This document shows positions 1 through 7,800 of a DNA stretch of 20,000 nt, piece after piece. Each line of letters opens with the position of its first letter. Position 1 is the stretch's first letter. The notes under the pieces were generated by a model. It did no database searches. It worked only from the letters and a program-made list of their open reading frames with translations, and had not been told where the DNA came from. The position numbers and the translations under genes are program-made. The DNA comes from an uncultured virus (IMG/VR IMGVR_UViG_3300009182_000047). Taxonomy: Duplodnaviria > Heunggongvirae > Uroviricota > Caudoviricetes. Location: IMG/VR virus record IMGVR_UViG_3300009182_000047, positions 58,190 to 78,189 of that record; one strand, 5' to 3'.

Positions 1-1
1 T

Positions 2-172
2 CCGTTGATGAGTTCTGGTGTTGTTCTAGATCCAGCAACATTTGAGCCAGTAGTTGGCTTCCTAACACGTTACGGTTATGTAGAGTTGAGCAACACTGCT
101 TCTTCTCTAGGTAATGCTGCTGACTACTTAGGAAAAGTTGCTATCACTAGCGCAAACGTAAGCTTCAAGTAA
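2..172 (+). CDS. gp23: Major capsid protein, T4 gp23-like (3' end only; gene begins upstream of the window)
   Basis: Frame 2 reads PLMSSGVVLDPATFEPVVGFLTRYGYVELSNTASSLGNAADYLGKVAITSANVSFK* with TAA at 170-172. The P-L...D-P-x-T-F-E-P-x-x-G-F-x-T-R-Y-G stretch matches the conserved C-terminal motif of T4-like major capsid proteins (TFQPKIGFKTRYG type). It is followed by a strong terminator. Not in the ORF track because its start lies outside the window. Confidence 0.9.
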   Translation, partial: PLMSSGVVLDPATFEPVVGFLTRYGYVELSNTASSLGNAADYLGKVAITSANVSFK

Positions 173-200
173 TCCGTTACTTGTTTTTACACAAACAATC

Positions 201-222
201 AACCCGCTTCGGCGGGTTTTTT
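201..222 (+). terminator. Rho-independent terminator with C(UUCG)G tetraloop
   Basis: AACCCGC-TTCG-GCGGGTT followed by a T run, about 30 nt after the capsid stop. UUCG-capped terminators are typical of T4-like phages. Confidence 0.92.
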
Positions 223-233
223 GTTGACTATCC

Positions 234-241
234 AATAAATA
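234..241 (+). promoter_or_regulatory. T4-like late promoter (AATAAATA; T4 consensus TATAAATA)
   Basis: TAAATA at 236-241, directly after the terminator and upstream of the next gene. The same core occurs in all four larger intergenic gaps. Confidence 0.7.
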
Positions 242-246
242 GCTTT

Positions 247-301
247 GTTCGCCCTTTAAGGGTTTTATGCGGTACCATCCGCGTAGATCATAGAACGATC
301 T
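247..301 (+). ncRNA. Putative structured cis-regulatory RNA leader (three hairpins, possible pseudoknot)
   Basis: Stems CCCT/AGGG (252-255/259-262), TATGCGG/CCGCGTA (266-272/279-285) and AGATC/GATCT (285-289/297-301). The loop ATAGAAC is complementary to GTTTTA (262-267) or GTTC (247-250). The element lies between the late promoter and the SD of the next gene. Confidence 0.45.
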
Positions 302-321
302 TAACACAAGGAGAAAATAAA

Positions 322-1233
322 ATGGGACGTCCAATTAAAGACAAATTTTTCGGTAGTTCAACTACCCCTTATCAAAACGCCAACGTTGGCGGCCGTACTG
401 GTGTCGGCGGCGAAAGCGTAACATCAGTAATTGCTGTTGCTAGTTCAGGAACATTGTATTCCGCAGGTGCAACACTAGTAGTAAGCGCACCAAACATTGC
501 AGGTGGTATCAGAGCCACTGCCACACCTACAATTAGTCTTCCTGGTATCGGCGGTATTACTGCTGTTACATTAGGTACAGCTGGAACTGGTTATACTGCA
601 ACTGCTACCATAACAGTTACTACTGCTAGTTCTGTTACTAAAACAACAACTGGTACAATTTCAACAAATATCATTTATCCTGCAGATACAACTGGAGTTC
701 AAGTAGGTATGAAAGTTGTTGGTACAGGTATTAACGCAGGTGCAACATACGTTACTGCTGTCTACTCAACAGGTACTGTTGTATCGGCTGCAAACGCAGG
801 AGCAGTTAGTGGCGCAGTGGTCTTCCTTGACGCAGGTTCTGGATTTGCCGCAGTCACAGCGTTAACAACTACTACATTTAACGCTATACAAATCATCTCT
901 TATGTTCCAAATGGTTCAAGTGGTATCAGTGGTGGCGACATCATGAAGCAAGAAGGAAGCCGCCGTTACCTAGTTCAAAATGCACAAGGTCAAGGAATCT
1001 GCAAATTGTCTACTGGTACATTAGTTGCTGGTGGCATGCACATTATTGCTACAGATTCTGCAGGTGACACATATTGGGTTACTAAGTTAACAAGTCGCAA
1101 AGCAAACTTGTATCCAAGATCAAATACAGGTACATCTATCTATAGTACTATCAAAGTAGCACCATGGACAATTGGCAGTGCATCTGGTACTACTACTGGA
1201 ACTGCTATTGTTTCTCTAAGCCACACAGTTTAA
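322..1233 (+). CDS. Thr/Gly-rich virion structural protein (possible head decoration or head-associated protein), 303 aa
   Basis: Start reassigned to ATG 322 (MGRPIKDKFFG...) because of SD AAGGAG at 308-313. The TTG 181 start in the track would cross the terminator. Beta-rich, T/G/A-rich composition, and position directly after the capsid gene. Function inferred from position only. Confidence 0.7.
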   Translation: MGRPIKDKFFGSSTTPYQNANVGGRTGVGGESVTSVIAVASSGTLYSAGATLVVSAPNIAGGIRATATPTISLPGIGGITAVTLGTAGTGYTATATITVTTASSVTKTTTGTISTNIIYPADTTGVQVGMKVVGTGINAGATYVTAVYSTGTVVSAANAGAVSGAVVFLDAGSGFAAVTALTTTTFNAIQIISYVPNGSSGISGGDIMKQEGSRRYLVQNAQGQGICKLSTGTLVAGGMHIIATDSAGDTYWVTKLTSRKANLYPRSNTGTSIYSTIKVAPWTIGSASGTTTGTAIVSLSHTV

Positions 1234-1277
1234 TATTTTGTAAAAATATTATGGGGGGCTTGTCCCCCCATTCTCTT
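1231..1277 (+). terminator. Tandem hairpins, probable terminator
   Basis: TAATATTTT-GTA-AAAATATTA (1231-1251), then ATGGGGGG-CTTGT-CCCCCCAT (1251-1271) followed by TCTCTT, directly after the stop codon. Confidence 0.6.
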
Positions 1278-1282
1278 ATCTA

Positions 1283-1290
1283 GGTAAATA
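1283..1290 (+). promoter_or_regulatory. T4-like late promoter (GGTAAATA)
   Basis: TAAATA at 1285-1290, after the hairpin and 5 nt before ATG 1296. Confidence 0.6.
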
Positions 1291-1295
1291 ATGGT

Positions 1296-1820
1296 ATGAC
1301 CACTAATTGGACCTTACCAACAAATGTAATTCAGTACGCAGAAGAAGGCGGAGAAGATGCTCATGTTTCTTGGTTAGAAACAGATAACTTCCATGGTCTA
1401 AAAGATATCGACGGTAAGTCGGTGCGGACAACTAGAGATTTATTTCACATTGCTAGAGATCCTAGACATGATATATTACAAAAAACATATTATTTAAAAT
1501 TAACAGGATTTAATTTTGTAAATTTACCAGAAACATTATCTGGTATTGGAATGCAATTAACTATTAATAGGTATGGTAGAATCACTGATGAAACTATACA
1601 ATTATGTTCTTATGGTAATATAGTAGGTGAAAATCAAGCGTCTTTAAATTTAGACACTAAAAAAATATACGGAAATGCTAATTCTATTTGGGGTAGCAAT
1701 TTAAATATGGCACAAATTCAAGATTCGTCATTTGGAGTTATAGTAAGGTTCCAAAGCCACCCAAGTTGGCCTCATAGAAGTAGTCCTTTGATTGATGCGG
1801 TTGAGCTTAGGATATATTAA
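1296..1820 (+). CDS. Hypothetical protein, probably a small beta-sandwich virion protein (174 aa)
   Basis: Clean ORF in the late cluster. Alternating beta-strand patterns (YYLKLTGFNF, YGNANSIWG...SSFGVIVRF, IDAVELRIY) suggest a jelly-roll-like fold. No confident family. Confidence 0.65.
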   Translation: MTTNWTLPTNVIQYAEEGGEDAHVSWLETDNFHGLKDIDGKSVRTTRDLFHIARDPRHDILQKTYYLKLTGFNFVNLPETLSGIGMQLTINRYGRITDETIQLCSYGNIVGENQASLNLDTKKIYGNANSIWGSNLNMAQIQDSSFGVIVRFQSHPSWPHRSSPLIDAVELRIY

Positions 1821-1824
1821 AAAA

Positions 1825-1832
1825 AATAAATA
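1825..1832 (+). promoter_or_regulatory. T4-like late promoter (AATAAATA)
   Basis: TAAATA at 1827-1832, followed by SD GAGG (1837-1840) and ATG 1848. Confidence 0.65.
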
Positions 1833-1847
1833 CAGTGAGGATCAAAA

Positions 1848-4800
1848 ATGGCAACTACTTACTTTTCTAATACACCGCCTGGTGCAGCATCATCAACAAC
1901 GAATATTACTGTTGAAAACATTCCTAACGATTATTTTTTAAACGCTAAAGCAAAAATAAATCTCAAGTCCGGTGCTGATACTAGTATCACAGCCGGCGGA
2001 AAAGCAGAAATTGACGCAAACAGTGATGTAAAAATAATTTCTGAAGGCGGTATTGTTGCAATTGAATCGAGTGCCGACAAAATAACTATAAAAGCAGCAA
2101 CTGATGTTACAGTTACTGCTAGAGGCAAGGCTATTGTAGATGCTCCCGAAACTGATATTTTACATGATTCTGTATTAGGATCCGATGTTGGGACTGATAC
2201 AACTGAATTTAAATCAAAAATTAAAAGTAATATTCTGCCTAAAGGAACTAATTATAACATAGGCGATGCTAGTAATATTTGGAAAAAATCTTTTTTTGAT
2301 GAGGGAGAATATTTTAGCGAAAATAACGTAGGCAATCAATACTTAGAATACGGCGTTAATGGCCGACCTTATAACCCAGCTGACATATATGATACTGCTG
2401 AACACAGAAAAACTGGTGCAGTATACGTACACGGTGGTGTAGGTATTGAGAAAGATTTAAACGTTGGTGGTAGAATTTATGGTCGTATTGAAATTGCCAA
2501 CACATCTTTCCAAATTGTTGTTACCGCAACAAATGCGGACATTGTATTTCATCCGTTATTTGCAAGAAGTACCGGCGAACAATTTTTATTTGTAGATATC
2601 CAAGGTATTGACCAAGGAGGCTCAGCAGGACTGACATACAATCCCTATACTGGTAAGTTGGGAACAGAATTATTAAAAGTTGTATCCACTTCTGCTGCAA
2701 ATTCAACCGATGGTGCTGTAAGAGTTGAGGGTGGTATTAGTGTTGGTAAGAACATTGTTACTAAAGAAATTACACCCCCTGATGATGCAGATGTTGCAAC
2801 AGAAATTTACTCGGTTGGTGTTAATTCTAGCCAATGGGCAGACGCATACGTACATAATTTATATACTAGGGTAATTGGTTCTACTACTGGTACAATTGAA
2901 ATGCGTCCAGATGCTGGCGTTGTTGACATGTTTAGCGATATTAGAGTAAGAGGACAGAATCCAATCGGTACTGCTCCTGTTGTTACAAACATCTTATATG
3001 TCACTATGGACGGCGCCGATACTAATGATGGTCGCGCAATGGATCCAAGCCGGGCTTGTCGTACAATTGGGGCAGCATTGAAGAGTCCTTATTATCAGTC
3101 TGGCACACAAATACGTGTTGCACCGGGACATTACTTAGAAGACAATCCTCTACAATTGAAACCATATACAAGTATTATGGGTTCGGACTTAAGGACATGT
3201 AGTATTGAACCAATTAATAAAACACAAGATTTATTCCATGTTAATAGCGGATGCTATCTTGCATTCATGCAATTCTTGAACGGACGTAGTGGATTGTTAG
3301 AAGGCCCATATGATCCTCAATATAATCGAGGAGCATATTGCACATCATTTCCTCCTCTAGAAGGTGATGCACGTATTGATCTGTTCCATTCGCCATACAT
3401 TCAAAACTGTACTAATCAAAATGGTCCATGGTTAACAGATGGTACTATGTTTGTTCCAAATCAAACTGTGCAAATTCCTAGAGTTGTTGGCACAGGTACA
3501 TGGATCGCTAACACAACTACTTTGGTTATTCATGCAACTACTGGCACAATTGCTCAAGGCGATTATATTAATGCTGGACAACAAAATCCAGGATTTTTTG
3601 AAGCCCGCACATTGATGCTAGCCAATAAACCTTTCTTGCAAGAACAAGTTGTTGCTTATGTTGATGTTACATTTAACACGAGCTCTTTTAGTTATAATGT
3701 AACAAAATGTCGTCGAGATATTGGGTTAATTTTAGACAGCATTTCTACCGACATGCTATACAACGATACTAGTGATAGCACATTTGCTGGCTTACAATAT
3801 TGGAATCAAACTAGTTCTGCTATTGCAGGAGAACAAACTACTACTACAAATGCAATTAATTATCTAAAAGGGTTAGCTGCAACTGTTGCATTAAACGCAG
3901 GTAGTTCATCTGCACAAACAAGAGTAAACACGCTGTTTACAGTTATTACTGATATTATAACCAATGGTACTGTTGGAGTAAGTGATTCGATTATTGCAAA
4001 CGGATTACCTAGTACTGATCCTCAGTACACTAATGCATATACTGCTTTATTGGCAAATAAAGAAACATTTAAGACACAAGTTCTATCATGGATTGGGTCT
4101 AACTATCCAACATTTGTTTATAATACATCTACATGTGCAAGAGACGTTGGATACATTATCGATAGCGTAGCATTTGATGTTCTGCACTCCGGCAATAGAC
4201 AGAGTATTAAATCTGGAGTTTATTATTACAATTACAGTACAACTAGTACAACAATTGCAAATCAAATTCCACAGACTACATTAGCATATAATTTTATTAA
4301 ATCAATTATTACTAATATTGTAACTGGTATTCCGTTACCTACAGTATACCAAACAGCTACTACTCAAGTTATTATTGGCCAGCCTATAGCCAGTAGTTAC
4401 GAAGCAATTTCTTTACAAAATAAAATTGATATTATAACTGATATTATTAGGCATGGTCCTAGTGTTGCAGTTAATCAAACACCCGAGTATGTTACTCTTT
4501 CGATCAATGAAGAAAAAGTAAACGCATTTAATATGTTGTTAACTAATAAAGATTTTATTAAAGCAGAAGTAATAGCTTACTTAAATAAAAACGCAAACAC
4601 ATTTAATTATAGTAAAGAACTTTGCTATAGAGACACTGGAATATTAATTGAAAACGTTGCATATGATGCTGCTTTTGGTGGTAATGAAAAATCCATCCAA
4701 AGTGGTTTAGCATATTACGACGGAGTTATTAGTAGGATATCTGGACAAGAAACCCAAACTTCTGCTGCCATTGACTATCTAAGTAAAATGGTCCAGTCCA

Positions 4801-7800
4801 TCATTGTTAATAACACATGGACTAATATTTTAACGGTGCCGGCAGTTATTGCACCTTATGGCACACATAACCAAGTTAGAAACACTGTGATGACACGGGG
4901 TGCTGTTGCCTCAAGCGCAATAGATCAGTGTTTCAACACAATTACCGTTATCATTAATAACGGTCCAACAGCAGCACCTGCTATGTATAAGTCAGGCTGC
5001 CCCGATGCGGCATTTGTCAGTGCTGAAATTTTAATGCAGGCAAATCGTAGATTTATTCAAGAAGATACAATCAACTGGATCAACAACACTGTTAAGGCAT
5101 TCCCTTACAGCAGAATAAAGTGCAAGAGAGATATTAATATTATTGTTGATTCTATAGCTTACGACTTATTGTATCCTACTGCTAAGAGAAGTCAAAGTAC
5201 TTTCTCAGCATTACAATATTGGTCTCAAGGAAATTACACAGGCATTATTGAAGCTCAACTTGGCCCAACAATTGATGCAATTAAATATCTAAAAGAATTA
5301 TCAGTTAAAGTTGTACAAAATATTAAACCTACTGACGACCTAGTTAATAGATATCAGTTTGTTGTTTCTCAAAATACGTCATTAGAATCTGCTAGCTCAG
5401 TAGAGGCCGCATTAATTGCTGCAAATTTTGATATTATACTTTCCATTGTTAAAGGAAATAGCAAAGGATGGACTGACAAAATAGTTCCTAACGGACCAGA
5501 AACTAATTTATTAGGTATTAAAAATGCTTTTAATTTATTAGAAGCTAACAAAGCATATATGGCAGCTGAAGTAATTGCATATATCACAGCAGTTCATCCT
5601 AATTTTACCGCATATAGTACATCTACCTGTGCTCGTGATGTTGGGTTAATTACTGATTCGATTGCATTTGATTTAAAACATGGCGGTAATAGACAAGCAA
5701 TTCAAGCAGGCCTAAGTTATTATTCAGTGTCTGGCTCTACAAATACTATACACGGTCAGGAAACACAAACAATTGTTGCCTTTAATAGGATTAAAGATAT
5801 TGTTGATGGAATTATGACTGGCAACTTAGTTGCAGCAAGTACTGGAACTATTGCTTCACAAGTAATATTACCTAATGTTGCTACTTTGAGTGAAGTAAGA
5901 TATGTTCAACAATCTATCTCTACTATTACAGATATCATAATTTATGGTCCTAGCATATCAAGTGGATTAACCAGTATTGCCTTAACTGCAAGTACTGTAA
6001 CTTCTGTAATAAATGGTTTTAATTTACTACAGGCCAACAAGAAATTCATAGTTGATGATGTAATACATTTTATCGATTGGAACTATAATAGGTCTAGTTT
6101 TGATTATAATGAGGAACTATGCTATCGTGATACGGGACTTATTGTCGATGCAGTGAGCCAAGATATTTTATTAGGCGGAAATTACAAATCAGTAGAAGCT
6201 GGTTTAGCTTATTGGAATTTTGGTTACAACCAAGTAGCTGGTCAAGAAACCACAACTACTATGGCGTTAAATTATGCTAGAGATATAGCATTACAAATCA
6301 TTGCCAATACACCCGTTACTCCTCAAACACAAACTAGTATAACACAAGTTATTAATCCATTCTTTGAATACGGTGGCGACTATATGCCACAAGAAGCAAT
6401 AAAACGCAATTTTAAAATTATTACTGATATTATTCAGAAGGGTCCAATGTATGCTCCACCCCGTTATATGGGGGGAGGATTATTTGCTCTAGTTGGTATC
6501 AATGGAGCCGATGTTAAAATTTCTCCTAGAGTAACGTCAGTTACCACAGTGACAACTGGCACATACATTGTAGGTTTAGATACTTCAACAGTCGGCTTTG
6601 GCAACAACGCAACATTATACTTTGGTGATACATTAGTTTATCCTAAACAAAATGCAGAAGTAGAAGCACTAAGTTTAGAATACACAGGCGATGCAACCAC
6701 ATGGAATCGACGTAAGGTTGATCCTATCGGTGGCATGGGCGGTAGTTTAGTTGATGGTGCAGTTATCAGCTCACGTAGTCCTATTAACAGTTTTGTATAT
6801 GATGCATTTACGCAGGTTAATCAAGGAGGCCGCGGCATTAGAATCACTAATGATGGATATGCACAATTAGTTTCTGTGTTTACAATTTTCTGTTCTACCG
6901 GAGTGCAAGTTGACAACGGCGGAATTGCATCTATTGTTAACAGTAACGCCAACTTTGGCGATCTTTGTTTAGTTGCTAAAGGTTATGGACAACGCAAATT
7001 CAGCGGCACTGTTTATAATCCTGTAAACAAGTCATACCCAGATGATCCAGAATTTAACAATTATTACCCGGCAGGATATTGGCCAAATAATGCTCGTGCA
7101 AGAGTCTTTATCCCTGACCTAGCAGATCGTCCACATATTTCTCTAGTAATGGAAGTTGTACCTCCCGATACAATGGTAGATTATACAGGATTGGTCGTAC
7201 CTCAGGCAAACGAACAAGGATTTTCAGGATTCTTAAATGCTGTTCCTAATTTGGGAATCTTAACTACGGGAACTATTACATTAACTGGTATTGATACTAC
7301 TGGCATTGCTGTAGGTAATGCATTATACATAAGAGATCAAAATGGTAGCCAAACTGGTACAAATGGCATATTATATGCTGCTAAGGATACTATTGTTACC
7401 GATGTAGGATATCAAAGTGTTACATTAAACAAAGCATTAACTAGTGGCGGATTCGATCCTACAAATACAACATCAACAGTTAATTCTAACTATTTTAATT
7501 TGTATTTCTGTGGTAATGCATACTATACAGTATTGAGTAGCGAAATTGGTGATAATCCTGTGCCAGTTGGAACAAATGTGATACGTGATGTAATTACAGG
7601 AGATCAGCGTCCTGCACATATTTCTTCATTACAGAGATTAAATTCTATTGTTATCCAAGCTATTAAGAATCAGGCTATTACTACTTCTACTACCTATGTA
7701 GTAGCAAAACAATCGTTTGAACCATTATTAACCGATGGTGGTTTTGCCGAAACATTTATCAATCAAAGATTTGAAAACTTAATTCAAATTATTAATCCAA

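Noticed and set aside
181..198. Small inverted repeat TTGTTT-TTACAC-AAACAA before the terminator
   Set aside because: A weak, AT-rich 6-bp stem that is plausible by chance, with no independent support.
181..321. N-terminal 47-aa extension of the 350-aa ORF (TTG start at 181)
   Set aside because: It spans the capsid terminator, late promoter and structured leader. A strong SD (AAGGAG) supports ATG 322.
3594..6446. Calling the repeats true host-derived phycocyanin/allophycocyanin genes (cpc/apc)
   Set aside because: The similarity visible by eye is limited to the Cys-bearing helix and following GG. The repeats are embedded in a structural protein, so no gene symbol or cyanobacterial host is asserted.
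3414..6728. Possible intein or intron interrupting the beta-helix
   Set aside because: No Hint-domain start or terminal His-Asn motif, no homing endonuclease motif and no frame break. The insert is a tandem helical repeat array.
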